The notes beneath the pieces were generated by a model that had not been told where the DNA came from, did no database searches, and saw nothing but the letters and a program-made list of their open reading frames with translations. A stretch of 64,000 nt of DNA from Candidatus Hydrogenedentota bacterium (lineage in GTDB: Bacteria > Hydrogenedentota > Hydrogenedentia > Hydrogenedentales > SLHB01): the NCBI GenBank assembly GCA_016215105.1, contig JACRLJ010000015.1, positions 1,438 through 65,437 of the forward strand, in the 5' to 3' direction. Shown piece by piece: positions 48,193-58,996 of this stretch. A program made the position numbers and the translations under genes. Within the stretch, counting starts at the first letter, position 1. Each line of letters begins with the position of its first letter.

Positions 48193-50067
48193 TTACTTTG
48201 CAGCAAAAAGGGCCTCGGCCTCCGTCAGAGCCTGTTCAATGCGTTTGACGAGCTTGTCGTTTGCCGCCTTCTCCTCGGCAGAAACGGAACTCTGCCAATC
48301 GCTATAGTCCTTTCTAGCTCCGTCGAGGTATTCCTTACACAGGTCAGGACTCCAACCATCCTGGGTAATGAGTTGATAGCACAACTTAGACAGCGCCAGC
48401 GCCGACCCTAAACAGGCCTCGCGCCGAACGGCCGGGTCACTGGCGTTGTCGCGCGCCGCGCTGAAACAGGCCGACGACTCGAAGTACCCGGCTCCTTGAA
48501 GCAGGGCCCATCCTTGGCCAAGCCCCTTCCGCTTTTCCATGCGTGCCCGGGCGCGCTCCTTGAGCAGGTCATGCAGACGCCGGACAAACCCTGGATTCTT
48601 GAGCGTCTTCGCATCGCCCGCGAGCCAGCCGATGTCCATCTGAACTTGACGTTCGTCCGCATACTTCGTAACGTCCGCCAAGTGCTCTTCTGCCGCAGTT
48701 TCCCACGCGGCGCTATCGTTAGACTTCTGATACAAATCCATAGCAAAATGGCCAGCGGGCAATAGCGTATCCGTGTCGCCGAGCGCGCGGGCAGCGTTCC
48801 TGATGGCTACGGCCCTTTCCAAGAAAGGTTTCAGTTCCTCTGTTGAATGCTGCCATCCGGACACGCTAAGTTTCCAGATGTCTTTGAAAAACCGGTAATA
48901 GTCTTCTCTCGGATTCCCCCAGCCAAGCGGAATGGGATCGCGGAGTTCTTTGTCTACAGACACGCCCTCGGAGTAGGCCGTCGCCTTCCCGAAGGTCATC
49001 TGCATGACGGTTTTGCCTTCTACCAGAATCTCAAAACGCTTCGGCAGTAGCCCCTCCGAACCCGACTTCGCATAGGACCAGCGGATTGTCCGCGCGCAGC
49101 CCACAGGCTGACCGCCTGTCCGGCCCGCGGTCTTCTCGTCTTCGGGGGTTAGAGCACGCTCGGCCACCACCATCTCTGCCTCCGAATCGGCTGTGGCGTC
49201 CGTTCCGGGCGGCCAGGTAAGTACGGCCAGAGGCTCTGGTCCGCTGTTCGAGAACAGTCGAACCGTTGTTGGATGTTGTTGACTTGCATTCGCGCCAAAC
49301 TCATATTCCGCACGGGAGAGGCGCCCGCAATAGAACCACGGCTTTATCGTATCCCACCGGGCGGTAAGCACCAGAGGGGCGTCACTGGCGCCGGTTGATG
49401 GCGATAAGCCCGGCGACACACAACGCGTCTGGGCGAATTGGTTTACCAAGTATTGTCTGACTTGATGGTCCCTGGGCGCCAGTAGCGGTGACTTGTCCAG
49501 CGGCCCCAAATTATCCATCGTCCCGATCTGGCGGACTTCGAGGTCGTGAACGCCGGGAAAATAGGTCTGAAGTAATGGTCCTGTGGCGGATAGCGTAAGC
49601 CCAATCGGTTCATAGAATATGCCTTGCGCCCGGTCAGAGGGTGATCTACTGATGACTTCAACGCGGCTGCCTTCGCGATTGCTAACCACTACGCCCCAAA
49701 GTTTTCCCGCTTTCGCGTCATCTTTGTGATATTCCTGATAACTGAGTTCAAACGGGATGAGGATCGGCGTTCCGCAAGTCCGATAATCCGTGAAGACGAC
49801 CTGCGAACCTTCGGCGGACGGACGAGGCACGGTAAGACGGGGGCCCGGGGAAAGAGCGTCCCACAAGAAGCCGATGACTTCATACGCCTGCAACGCATAG
49901 GCGAATTGACTGAACGCCTTGGCCCGAAAATAGGCCGCATTCGACTCCTCCGTCGTTGGATACGCTAAATCGGGGGCTGTGGCCTGTTGCTGCGCTGCCG
50001 CGGTAGCGCACGCAATGACCACTGCCCCGAGACACGCGATAAGCTCTCGCGTCAGATCCCGTCTCAT
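48193..50067 (-). CDS. Hypothetical secreted protein (624 aa), no recognisable domain.
   Basis: Trimmed to MRRDLTRELIACLGAVVIACATAAA (signal peptide). The upstream 99 codons of the ORF are Arg/Cys-rich and overlap the neighbouring gene. GC is lower than the flanks. Confidence 0.6.
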   Translation of the reverse strand: MRRDLTRELIACLGAVVIACATAAAQQQATAPDLAYPTTEESNAAYFRAKAFSQFAYALQAYEVIGFLWDALSPGPRLTVPRPSAEGSQVVFTDYRTCGTPILIPFELSYQEYHKDDAKAGKLWGVVVSNREGSRVEVISRSPSDRAQGIFYEPIGLTLSATGPLLQTYFPGVHDLEVRQIGTMDNLGPLDKSPLLAPRDHQVRQYLVNQFAQTRCVSPGLSPSTGASDAPLVLTARWDTIKPWFYCGRLSRAEYEFGANASQQHPTTVRLFSNSGPEPLAVLTWPPGTDATADSEAEMVVAERALTPEDEKTAGRTGGQPVGCARTIRWSYAKSGSEGLLPKRFEILVEGKTVMQMTFGKATAYSEGVSVDKELRDPIPLGWGNPREDYYRFFKDIWKLSVSGWQHSTEELKPFLERAVAIRNAARALGDTDTLLPAGHFAMDLYQKSNDSAAWETAAEEHLADVTKYADERQVQMDIGWLAGDAKTLKNPGFVRRLHDLLKERARARMEKRKGLGQGWALLQGAGYFESSACFSAARDNASDPAVRREACLGSALALSKLCYQLITQDGWSPDLCKEYLDGARKDYSDWQSSVSAEEKAANDKLVKRIEQALTEAEALFAAK

Positions 50068-51242
50068 GTCCTCTGCCTCCTTGTCCCTGTCTTGGCGCCT
50101 CGATATCTCCGAACCACAGCAGCAAAGGCTGCGGTGGCAAGAAGCCCTGCACCCGCCGCGCCTGTCAAGAGAACCTGAGAGGACCACCGCGCACGGCCGG
50201 GATCGTGTCCGGAGCCAACTTCGGAAGTCTTCTCGGAAGGTGCGATAGGTAACTTGAGAAGATGCGAGGTCCCATCGCCGTCCTGCCGACCTTCTTTTTC
50301 TGGTAGCATGGCCGGCTTGTTCATAATGCTGGCCATGTCCCCTTGAACCTGCGTAATGTCCCACGAACTGACCGGCTGGCGCTGCTCGTAGGGAGAGTTC
50401 TCGGCTGCCGGGTCACCTGGCGGCCTCAAATGTGATGTATCCACCCTGAAGAACCCGCCTGGTATGTTCAGTTCTCTGAATTTCTCGAGCAGTTCGACAA
50501 GCTTGTCACTTGACCTCCAGGACGGCTCAATCGTTTGATAGAGCCCGCTTGCCAGCAATATACCCAAGACAGGATGGAGCTTGTCCGGGTGCGCCAAGTC
50601 ATTCCGGACCTCCGCGATGGTCTCCTCCGTTGTTTTCACAATGTCCTTTCGAAGTGCGCTTTCCGCTTCGTCACTGAGCGGCGCCTTGAAGCTGGGTACG
50701 AGAGGATTCGCTGCAGCGGCTCGTTGGTTGCGGTCGAGTTCAGCGGCAAATGACAACAAAGATTCTCTCTCGGTCTCGTTTTGGACCTCTGCCGCCGTTC
50801 GCGTCACGCCATCGCGAATCAAGAGCAATATCGAGTCCAATTGACGATTTATCACGTCCTGCTGATCCGCCGGTATTGGCGGTCTGGCCAGGTAGTCCTC
50901 CACCGCAATACGGTACCTCTCCGCAAGGATTTCGATTTCAACTGGCGTCTGTCGGTAAATGTTGTTGACGCTCCAGACCGTAAAGTCGGGCGTGAAGCCC
51001 AGCAGCATTCGTTGTTCGTCAGAAGTAAGCGCCCTGCCCCCCGTCTGAGTGAGGACTCCTTCGTAGGCGCGGGCAACGCTATCGACCGTTTCCGGTGTCC
51101 AATTGACGTAGTAGTCACGCATCCACGCGCGAAGTTCCGACAACGTCTGTACCGGCGCCGTACTACCTAGAGCGGTCAGCGCGAAAAGAAGCGCGACGGC
51201 GAACAAACACAACGAACTAGCGTACAGTCTCTGACCAGACAT
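50064..51242 (-). CDS. Hypothetical secreted protein with a C-terminal hydrophobic anchor followed by a basic tail.
   Basis: Trimmed to MSGQRLYASSLCLFAVALLFALTALG. C-terminus VLLTGAAGAGLLATAAFAAVVRRYRGAKTGTRRQRT. 4-bp ATGA overlap with the downstream gene. Confidence 0.55.
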   Translation of the reverse strand: MSGQRLYASSLCLFAVALLFALTALGSTAPVQTLSELRAWMRDYYVNWTPETVDSVARAYEGVLTQTGGRALTSDEQRMLLGFTPDFTVWSVNNIYRQTPVEIEILAERYRIAVEDYLARPPIPADQQDVINRQLDSILLLIRDGVTRTAAEVQNETERESLLSFAAELDRNQRAAAANPLVPSFKAPLSDEAESALRKDIVKTTEETIAEVRNDLAHPDKLHPVLGILLASGLYQTIEPSWRSSDKLVELLEKFRELNIPGGFFRVDTSHLRPPGDPAAENSPYEQRQPVSSWDITQVQGDMASIMNKPAMLPEKEGRQDGDGTSHLLKLPIAPSEKTSEVGSGHDPGRARWSSQVLLTGAAGAGLLATAAFAAVVRRYRGAKTGTRRQRT

Positions 51243-51375
51243 AGGACTCTCCGAAGCGCGATCTATCCCCGCGCTACCCACTTCTCTGTACGCTCTTATA
51301 CCGGCGTTCCCAGTTCAGCGCCGCAAGACCAATAATGTCCCTACCGTACCTCTGGCGCCGCTCTGAACGCAATAA

Positions 51376-52194
51376 CTACTTCAGAACGGGCGCGTAGAAC
51401 TGCAGATTGCTGTAGGAGTCATCGAAGTAAGCCATTCCGGTAGCGCTAGTGTCGTAGTTCCGGCTAGTATAGCCGATCGCCTGCCTCTGTATAAGTCCAC
51501 GAGTCCAGATTTCCACAAAACATTGGGCCCCCGGGTCGTCATCCGTAGCAGATACGCGAATCATTTCGGATCTACCCATCGAAGGCATAAGCTCACTATA
51601 GTCCGGCAGCGACCATTGCATACTTAGCTCAGTCTTGCCAATACCGAAACCCGTGATGGAAAATGACGAAGGCCTGTGGTCGGCGCCGACCCAAATCTGA
51701 GTCGACCTGCTCATCGTATCGGAGTTAGCGGTATCTGCCGCCAACTCCGCGCTAGCGCTTGCCACAAGCTTTCCGAAACCACTTGGGCCGCCCATACCGA
51801 CACAAGTGCTAGCCACCGCAATTGCCTGAACGTCAAATTCAAATCTGTACGCGCTCGCAGGCGGTTCGAGTGGGTTAGGGTTATAGGTCCACGTCCACTT
51901 CACGGTCGCGTTGACTTCCTGGTTGGCACCGCCAACGGCACTCCCTGAAGGTACCCTTCGAATCTGTACAGAGGTATACGAATTGCAGTAGAGGTTCTCT
52001 CCCAAGAATGGATTTGCCCTTTGCCCGCGGGAGCTTGACACCGAGCCACACCATCCGTTCGGGTAGTTATAGTACAAGGCCGTCGCAGACAGTTGTTGAT
52101 CTGCATCACCAGAACATCCAAGCGTCCATCCCGCCATTGCATCGGACGCCAGTGTCACTCCAAAGAAAACAATAGCTATCACGAGCTTGTTCAT
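51376..52194 (-). CDS. Hypothetical secreted protein (272 aa), Cys-containing, Ser/Thr/Gly-rich.
   Basis: Trimmed to MNKLVIAIVFFGVTLASDAMA after GGGAGGA. Lowest local GC (about 53%) in the window. Confidence 0.55.
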   Translation of the reverse strand: MNKLVIAIVFFGVTLASDAMAGWTLGCSGDADQQLSATALYYNYPNGWCGSVSSSRGQRANPFLGENLYCNSYTSVQIRRVPSGSAVGGANQEVNATVKWTWTYNPNPLEPPASAYRFEFDVQAIAVASTCVGMGGPSGFGKLVASASAELAADTANSDTMSRSTQIWVGADHRPSSFSITGFGIGKTELSMQWSLPDYSELMPSMGRSEMIRVSATDDDPGAQCFVEIWTRGLIQRQAIGYTSRNYDTSATGMAYFDDSYSNLQFYAPVLK

Positions 52195-52660
52195 GGCATG
52201 ATCCTCCCTTTTTGAGATTACTGAAAACCCCGTAAAGTGAACTATTAGTTTGTCCATTCACTACCCACTGGCCGTAATGTTACCCCCCCCCCGATTTTGT
52301 CAAGGACTTTTTTCATCGCGAACTTTTTCGTCGCGCAGGTCCAATATGGACCTCGCACTACTGGTGGATAGCTTCAGTACATGACGCGCGTCCCGTGCCA
52401 GGCTGCGGGAAGCGCAGGGAGAGAATTGACGGACACGCTATCAGGGAGTAGTGAGTGGCGGGGATCAGTAGTACGGTGAGTACGGCAGTCGCTATGGAAC
52501 CGAGATGTTGCGCGAATGACACCGGTGGACTTGCCTAACTGGGCTCCTCCCGAGTAGGTTGGATCAATTTCCGTTTGTGCCACGGCCCACGCGGCGGGGC
52601 ATAGTCTCGCGCTCTTAACCCGCGCATACGAAGCGCCGCGCCTATTGTGCGCGGTTGTCA

Positions 52661-52703
52661 CACGTTAGCGGCAGATTCTTCGCTGGCGCTCAGAATGACG
52701 CGT
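52661..52703. repeat. Repeat family B, right-arm half copy (B4).
   Basis: CACGTTAGCGGCAGATTCTTCGCTGGCGCTCAGAATGACGCG. Confidence 0.65.
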
Positions 52704-52794
52704 TGACCGCAGTATCTCCGGTTGGTAAGCGTTGGTTCGTTTGGAGTCCTTTGCTTTCAATCGGTTCCGCCGGCGCTTGCTTATTAGACTCGCA

Positions 52795-53814
52795 CTATTG
52801 AACAATGCTCTTCACGAGTTCAGCGACAAACGCGGGGCCGCGGTAGATCAGGCCCGTATAGACTTGCACGAGGGCGGCGCCGGCGTCGAGTTTGTCGCGG
52901 GCGTCCTGCGGGGACATGATCCCCCCCACTCCGATGATCGGGATGCGCCCGTTGAGCGCGCTTCGCATCGCGCGGATAACTTCCGTGGCGCGTTTGGTGA
53001 GCGGGGCGCCGCTGAGACCGCCGGTCTCGCCGCCGTGCGGAAGGTCTTCGACTCCGGCGCGGGACAGCGTGGTGTTGGTGGCGATGACGCCGTCGATCTC
53101 GTGACGGTTCAACGCCTCCGCGATGAAACGGATCTCGTCATCCGACAGATCCGGCGCGATTTTCATGACTAGGGGAACGTACTTGCCATACTGCGCGGCC
53201 AGATTCTTTTGTTCGGACTTCAGCGCCGACAACAGGTGGTCTAGCTCCTCCCCGTACTGCAATGTGCGCAGATTCTTCGTGTTGGGGGAGGAAACGTTGG
53301 CGGCGACGAAGTCCGCATGGGCGTAGACCTTCCGCAGGCACGCCAGGTAATCGTCGACCGCGTTTTCGAGGGGTGTATCGGCGTTCTTCCCGATGCTGAC
53401 GCCGAGGATGCCTTTGTAGGTCCGTCGTTGGATATTCGCTACGAGGACATCCACGCCGTGGTTGTTGAAGCCCATGCGATTGATGATGGCTTCGGCTTTG
53501 GGCAAACGGAACAGGCGCGGTTTCGGGTTTCCGGGTTGCGGGCGCGGCGTGACGGTGCCGACCTCGATGAACCCGAAGCCTAACCCGCCGTACGCGTCGA
53601 CCAAGTCGCCGTTTTTGTCGAGGCCGGCAGCCAAGCCAACCGGATTTGGGAAAGTGAGGCCCATGACGGTCCGAGGCGCGGCGGGTACTGGGCCGGTCAA
53701 CAACCGGGTAATTCCCATGGCGGACATGGGACGCAACGCCATCGCGGTCAGGTGGTGGGCGGTTTCGGGATCGAGCTGGAACAGGATTGGGCGAATGATC
53801 GGGTAGATGGACAT
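52795..53814 (-). CDS. pyrD: Dihydroorotate dehydrogenase (quinone), class 2.
   Basis: [33 protein letters not shown] and IIGVGGI motifs. Confidence 0.92.
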   Translation of the reverse strand: MSIYPIIRPILFQLDPETAHHLTAMALRPMSAMGITRLLTGPVPAAPRTVMGLTFPNPVGLAAGLDKNGDLVDAYGGLGFGFIEVGTVTPRPQPGNPKPRLFRLPKAEAIINRMGFNNHGVDVLVANIQRRTYKGILGVSIGKNADTPLENAVDDYLACLRKVYAHADFVAANVSSPNTKNLRTLQYGEELDHLLSALKSEQKNLAAQYGKYVPLVMKIAPDLSDDEIRFIAEALNRHEIDGVIATNTTLSRAGVEDLPHGGETGGLSGAPLTKRATEVIRAMRSALNGRIPIIGVGGIMSPQDARDKLDAGAALVQVYTGLIYRGPAFVAELVKSIVQ

Positions 53815-54065
53815 AATAAGTAGGTGTACACGATTTGTGAGGCGAGTTCAACGGCGGGGAAAAGGGACAAAAGGGACGCAAGAGACTCAAGGGACCTATC
53901 AGATGGATCGGGCGGATCCGGCAGGCCGGACGCATGGCTTGGCGTACGGGTTTGGGAAAGCAAGAACTGGTTGACCGGTCCGGCGGTCGCAAGGTAGAAT
54001 GGGGTACCATCATTTTCGCGGCGCGGGCTGCGCAATCACGGCAAGTACAAAGGAGCAGACTACTT

Positions 54066-55505
54066 ATGACAACAGTTCTGGAGCCGGGCTTGGAATACAA
54101 GGTCGCGGACCTCAGTTTGGCCGAGTGGGGACGGAAAGAACTCGACATGGCCGAGAAGGAGATGCCGGGGTTGATGGCGATTCGCGAGCGGTACGCGGCG
54201 AAGCAGCCCTTGAAGGGAACGCGCATCTCCGGTTCGTTGCACATGACGATTCAGACCGCGGTGCTCATTGAAACGCTCAAGGCGTTGGGCGCGGACGTGC
54301 GCTGGGCAAGCTGCAATATCTACTCGACGCAGGATCACGCCGCGGCGGCAATCGCCGAGGCAGGGATTCCGGTATTCGCCTGGAAGGGCGAGACACTCGA
54401 GGAGTACTGGTGGTGTACGAACCAGGCGCTGCTGTTTCCGGACGGAAGCGGGCCGACCCTGATCGTCGATGACGGCGGGGACGCGACGCTGTTCATCCAC
54501 CGTGGCTACGAGTTCGAAGAAACGTACAACAAGACCGGCAAGTTGCCGCCGGTGTGCACGGACAACGCCGAGATTACGATCATCGACAGGCTGCTGCACG
54601 AAATACACGCGGACACGCCCAACCGCTGGCACGAAGTGGTCAAGCACTGGATTGGTGTTTCGGAAGAGACCACGACGGGCGTACACCGGCTGTATCAGAT
54701 GATGCAGAACGGTAAGCTGCTGACGCGCGCGATCAACGTGAACGATTCGGTGACGAAGTCGAAATTCGACAACCTGTACGGCTGCCGGGAATCCCTTGCC
54801 GACGGCATCAAGCGCGCGACCGACGTGATGATCGCGGGCAAGGTGGTGGTGATTGCCGGTTACGGCGACGTGGGCAAGGGTTGCGCGGACGCGATGAAGG
54901 GGTTGGGCGCGCGCGTGATTATTACCGAGATTGACCCGATTTGCGCGCTGCAAGCGGCGATGGAAGGCTATCAGGTTACAACGATGGCCGAGGCCGCGCC
55001 GCACGGCGACATCTTCGTAACCACGACGGGCTGCTGCGACGTGATTCGCAGTGAGCACATGAAGATCATGAAGGACGAAGCGATCCTCTGCAACATCGGC
55101 CATTTCGACTCCGAAATCGATGTGGCGTGGCTGGAATCCCAGAAGAACATCAAGCAACTGAACATCAAACCCCAGGTGGACAAGTTCATTTTCCCTGACG
55201 GGCGATGCCTCATCCTGCTGGCCCGCGGCCGCTTGGTAAACCTCGGCTGCGCGACGGGACATCCGTCGTTCGTGATGTCGAATTCGTTTGCGAATCAGAC
55301 GCTGGCGCAAATCTCGCTTAAGACCGAAACGGATAAGTACGAAGTGGGCAAGGTCTACACCCTGCCGAAGAAGCTGGACGAGGAAGTGGCTCGGTTGCAT
55401 CTCGAGAAGCTCGGTGTGAGACTCGAAACGCTATCGAAGAAGCAATCCGATTACCTTGGCGTTCCGGCAGAGGGTCCGTACAAACCGGAACACTACCGCT
55501 ACTAG
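54066..55505 (+). CDS. ahcY: Adenosylhomocysteinase.
   Basis: Trimmed to MTTVLEPG after AAAGGAG. SAHH signatures: [28 protein letters not shown] and [13 protein letters not shown]-binding. Confidence 0.93.
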   Translation: MTTVLEPGLEYKVADLSLAEWGRKELDMAEKEMPGLMAIRERYAAKQPLKGTRISGSLHMTIQTAVLIETLKALGADVRWASCNIYSTQDHAAAAIAEAGIPVFAWKGETLEEYWWCTNQALLFPDGSGPTLIVDDGGDATLFIHRGYEFEETYNKTGKLPPVCTDNAEITIIDRLLHEIHADTPNRWHEVVKHWIGVSEETTTGVHRLYQMMQNGKLLTRAINVNDSVTKSKFDNLYGCRESLADGIKRATDVMIAGKVVVIAGYGDVGKGCADAMKGLGARVIITEIDPICALQAAMEGYQVTTMAEAAPHGDIFVTTTGCCDVIRSEHMKIMKDEAILCNIGHFDSEIDVAWLESQKNIKQLNIKPQVDKFIFPDGRCLILLARGRLVNLGCATGHPSFVMSNSFANQTLAQISLKTETDKYEVGKVYTLPKKLDEEVARLHLEKLGVRLETLSKKQSDYLGVPAEGPYKPEHYRY

Positions 55506-55657
55506 GCTTCGCTGAGACAAAGATCGTATTATCATCGCCGTTCCTGGACCGGTTTCAGGAACGGCGATTTTGGTCAGCAAGAACCGGCAGAGCCGGATTT
55601 TTGGGGAAGGCCCCTAAGTGGGGCTTACGTTCTCTAATGGGATGCGCTACTGCCAAC

Positions 55658-55773
55658 GTGTCATTCTGAGCGGTTGCGAAGAATCTAACCCGTACACGCT
55701 GAGCGCTCTGCTTATAGCACGCAGACTATTGCACGGTGGCAGGAGATTCTTCGCTACCGCTCAGAATGACACG
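55658..55773. repeat. Repeat family B, full copy (B5).
   Basis: GTGTCATTCTGAGCGGTTGCGAAGAATCT...GGCAGGAGATTCTTCGCTACCGCTCAGAATGACACG. Confidence 0.85.
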
Positions 55774-55874
55774 TTGCGCGGACCATGCGCGAAAGTGCCG
55801 GAAGGGCGAAACCGGTAGATTCGCCATGATTCGGGAATGCGGAGCCCAAACGTCACGGCCATGGAGGGGTTGGT

Positions 55875-57680
55875 GTGCTTGTAAAGTTCCTTGAGTTCAT
55901 GCGGCGCCACATCGAGCGCCGGCGTGTGATTGTGATCGCCGGCGCGCTGGCGGCGGTGTTGACGGCGCCGTCGTTGTTCATTGGATACAACGCCGACGAT
56001 CATTTTCTGCGCATGGTGATGCAGGGATTTCCCGGCATGCCGGAGTTGAACGAACTGCCCGGCCTGGTTTCGGTTCCATTCAACATGTTCGCGTACGCCG
56101 ACGGGCGGCCAGAGTACAACCGGGCCTACATCGATCACGGCCTACTTCCCTGGTGGTCCTATGACCGCACTGTGCTTCGGCGTTGTCACCCCTTGGTGGG
56201 GCTTTCGTTGTGGGTTGACTATTTATGCTTTGGCGACCACGCCTGGCTCGCTCATCTGCACAGTCTGTTTTGGTATGCCGTAGTGGCCGCGGCCGTAGCC
56301 ATGCTGTATCGACGGCTGCTCACGCCGGCTTGGGTAGCGGGCTTGGCGGCAATTTTGTTCGCGATTGACGACGCCCACGGTTTCGCCGTGGGCTGGATAG
56401 CGAATCGCAACGCGTTCATGCCGGTCGCTCCGGCCGCGCTCCTGCTTCTCGTACACGATCGATGGCGCCGTGATGGATGGACTCCAGGCGCCATCGCCGC
56501 CCCGTTGCTGTTGATCATTGGGCTGCTGATATCGGACTCGGGAATCACGGTTTGCGCGTATCTCGCCGCGTATGCGCTATTCATGGACGAGGGGACGTGG
56601 CGAGCGAGGTCCATGAGCTTGTTACCTTGCGCCAGCGTAGGGGCCGCTTGGCTGATCATCTTTCAACGCTTCAATTTTGGCATCGTCAGTTCGGGTATCT
56701 ATGTGGACATGGGGCGGGAACCGGGAGAGTTCTTGCGGCATTTCCCGGAACGGGCGCCTCAACTGCTGCTGGCGCAACTGGCGATTCCAAACCCGGCCCT
56801 GGCCTTCAATCAACCGCGAGTGTCCATAGCGCTGGCGGTGTACGCGGTAGTGATCTTGACGCTAATCGCATGGATACTCTGGCCACTGTTACGCAAGGAC
56901 AAAGTGGCCCGCTTTAGCGCGCTGGGAATGATGCTGTCGGTCATACCGATGTGCGGGGTGCTGCCCGACAAGCGTCTACTGTTCTTTCCGGGAATAGGCG
57001 GGATGGCGTTGGTGGCGCTGTTCTTTCGCGAATTTGCGTCGCGGCAGGATGACTTGTGCGCTACGCGAGCGCGAAGAATCGGCGCGCATATTCTGTGCGC
57101 ATGCTGGATCTGGATACATTGCATTCAGGCGCCGCTGTTAATGCCGTTTGACAGCGTCAACATCAGCCGCTTCTTCGTCCCCGGCACACGCAGCGACGCA
57201 ACAGCGCCGCGCGACGCCCAATTGAGCGGAAGCGACTTGGTGATCGTGAGCGCGCCCAGCGACGCGGTCGAGTCGTATCTGCCGGTTATCCGATCCTCGC
57301 TGCGCGCGCCGGTACCCGCGCACCTTTGGGCGCTCAACGCCGGGATGAACGCCGTTAATGTGACCCGGACCGACTCCCGAACGCTGGAAGTAAGGCCCGA
57401 AGACGGGTTCGCGCCAGCCCCTTGGGGAACGTTGTTTCGCGGCCCGAACCAGCCCATGGAGGCCGGTTATACCGTGCGGCTTTCGGGGCTAACGATACAC
57501 GTGCTGTCGGTCACGCCGGATGGACGCGCGGAGACGGTCCGGTTTGTCTTTGACAAGGATGTGGATGATCCGTCGCTGCGTTGGATCACGTGGATAGGCA
57601 AGGGATATGCGCCGTTCACGCCGCCCGCCGTGGGCGAGACCACTCGCGTAGACAAGATTGATTCCGACTGGGCGATCTAG
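55875..57680 (+). CDS. Polytopic integral membrane protein, hypothetical (possibly glycosyltransferase-39/ArnT-like fold).
   Basis: About 10-12 hydrophobic helices in the N-terminal two-thirds, plus a soluble C-terminal domain. No confident motif. Confidence 0.6.
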   Translation: MLVKFLEFMRRHIERRRVIVIAGALAAVLTAPSLFIGYNADDHFLRMVMQGFPGMPELNELPGLVSVPFNMFAYADGRPEYNRAYIDHGLLPWWSYDRTVLRRCHPLVGLSLWVDYLCFGDHAWLAHLHSLFWYAVVAAAVAMLYRRLLTPAWVAGLAAILFAIDDAHGFAVGWIANRNAFMPVAPAALLLLVHDRWRRDGWTPGAIAAPLLLIIGLLISDSGITVCAYLAAYALFMDEGTWRARSMSLLPCASVGAAWLIIFQRFNFGIVSSGIYVDMGREPGEFLRHFPERAPQLLLAQLAIPNPALAFNQPRVSIALAVYAVVILTLIAWILWPLLRKDKVARFSALGMMLSVIPMCGVLPDKRLLFFPGIGGMALVALFFREFASRQDDLCATRARRIGAHILCACWIWIHCIQAPLLMPFDSVNISRFFVPGTRSDATAPRDAQLSGSDLVIVSAPSDAVESYLPVIRSSLRAPVPAHLWALNAGMNAVNVTRTDSRTLEVRPEDGFAPAPWGTLFRGPNQPMEAGYTVRLSGLTIHVLSVTPDGRAETVRFVFDKDVDDPSLRWITWIGKGYAPFTPPAVGETTRVDKIDSDWAI

Positions 57681-57811
57681 GGCAGGGCAGACAAACACCC
57701 GTTAGCCGCGCCAACGTCCCGCGACCGGCGCACCGCCCAGCGCCGCTGCCAGCAGAAGCGTGACTATCCTTGGGCCGGGCCTCGCAAGGCGCGCAGTGGC
57801 CTGCCGCATCT

Positions 57812-58768
57812 TCAGTTTGACTGTACCGGTCCGACTCCGGTCTTGGCGGATTCATATGCGGTGAGCGCCGCCTTGAGTAGGGGGGCAAGGCGCTCGTCCT
57901 TGTTCAATTCAATTGCCCGTTTCTGGTGTTTGATGGCCTCGTCCAACTTTCCCGCGTCAAACAATGTCTTCGCATACGTAAGCAATGTGCGAGGGTCGGA
58001 TCCCTCGGTAAGTTCGTAGGCCCGCTGCGCCGCGCGCGCGGCCAGGTTCTTGTCGCGGTACTTGAGCGAACCGGCGAAAAGTATATTCATCGCGACAGTG
58101 CGCATGAGCATGACGTCGTCGGCGCCATTCTTCATGATCCATTCCGCCTCTTCGTCGGCCGCTTTCTTGTCCTCTCCCGCGCCCGCCAAATCAAAGTAAC
58201 GGGCGTAATGCGCCTGTTTTTCCTTCGCCAACTGTTGCTGGCGCTGCAATTCCTTGAGGTCGAACGTCCCATCGACAAGCTTGGCAATGACCGTATCCAT
58301 TTCGGGGTCGAACGGGGGGCCATGCCACACGATGGCTCCCTTCTTGTCTATTACGAACGCAATTGGTATCACCTCGTACCCGAACTCCCCCATAAAGCGA
58401 TCGTTCGTTTGACGGTTCAAGTCGATGCCGACCGAGTACTCCATTTGCGCGCCTTGTTCCTGCACAAATAGCTTAATCATTTCCGGGTCTTCGTTGGCGA
58501 TGCCCGCGACGATCAAGCCCTTGTCCTTGTATTTCTTCTGCAGCTCCGTCAGATGAGGAATTAACTTGACGCAACTCGGACAGTATGTAGCCCAGAATTC
58601 GATCAGGTATATGTTCTTGCCGTTTCCCGCGGCAATATCCACGGGCGCGCCCTTAACCCACTCGGCGATGGCCAGCGGTTTTGCGGGATCGCCGAGGCCG
58701 GCGGCATAGGCCGGCGCCACACAAGCCAAGAGCGCCACTACGGCGGTCACGAATACGCTGATTCTCAT
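57812..58768 (-). CDS. Secreted thioredoxin-like (TlpA/ResA-type) thiol-disulfide oxidoreductase with C-terminal TPR repeats.
   Basis: Trimmed to MRISVFVTAVVALLACVAPAYA. WATYCPSC active site (CxxC). Confidence 0.8.
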   Translation of the reverse strand: MRISVFVTAVVALLACVAPAYAAGLGDPAKPLAIAEWVKGAPVDIAAGNGKNIYLIEFWATYCPSCVKLIPHLTELQKKYKDKGLIVAGIANEDPEMIKLFVQEQGAQMEYSVGIDLNRQTNDRFMGEFGYEVIPIAFVIDKKGAIVWHGPPFDPEMDTVIAKLVDGTFDLKELQRQQQLAKEKQAHYARYFDLAGAGEDKKAADEEAEWIMKNGADDVMLMRTVAMNILFAGSLKYRDKNLAARAAQRAYELTEGSDPRTLLTYAKTLFDAGKLDEAIKHQKRAIELNKDERLAPLLKAALTAYESAKTGVGPVQSN

Positions 58769-58996
58769 TCGCACAACCTTTGCTTCGTCCTCAATGCCCG
58801 TATGCCAAACCGGAACATCCGGCTCTTCACGGGATTTCACGCCTCAGTAGCGCCACGCAGATATGAAACACGCCGCCCCATTCGATTTGTCCACGCCGCA
58901 TGGATATCTCGCCTTATTCTACCGCATCTGCGGCGGCAGGTAAACCAGACGGACAGACCCAAGAATCGCCCGGTCTGGCCCTCAGGCGCCGTAGAA

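Noticed and set aside
53820-54065. SAH riboswitch upstream of ahcY
   Set aside because: Conserved SAH-riboswitch core sequence not recognisable by eye. Reported only as an unexplained leader.
54060-55400. 446-aa minus ORF
   Set aside because: Antisense to ahcY.
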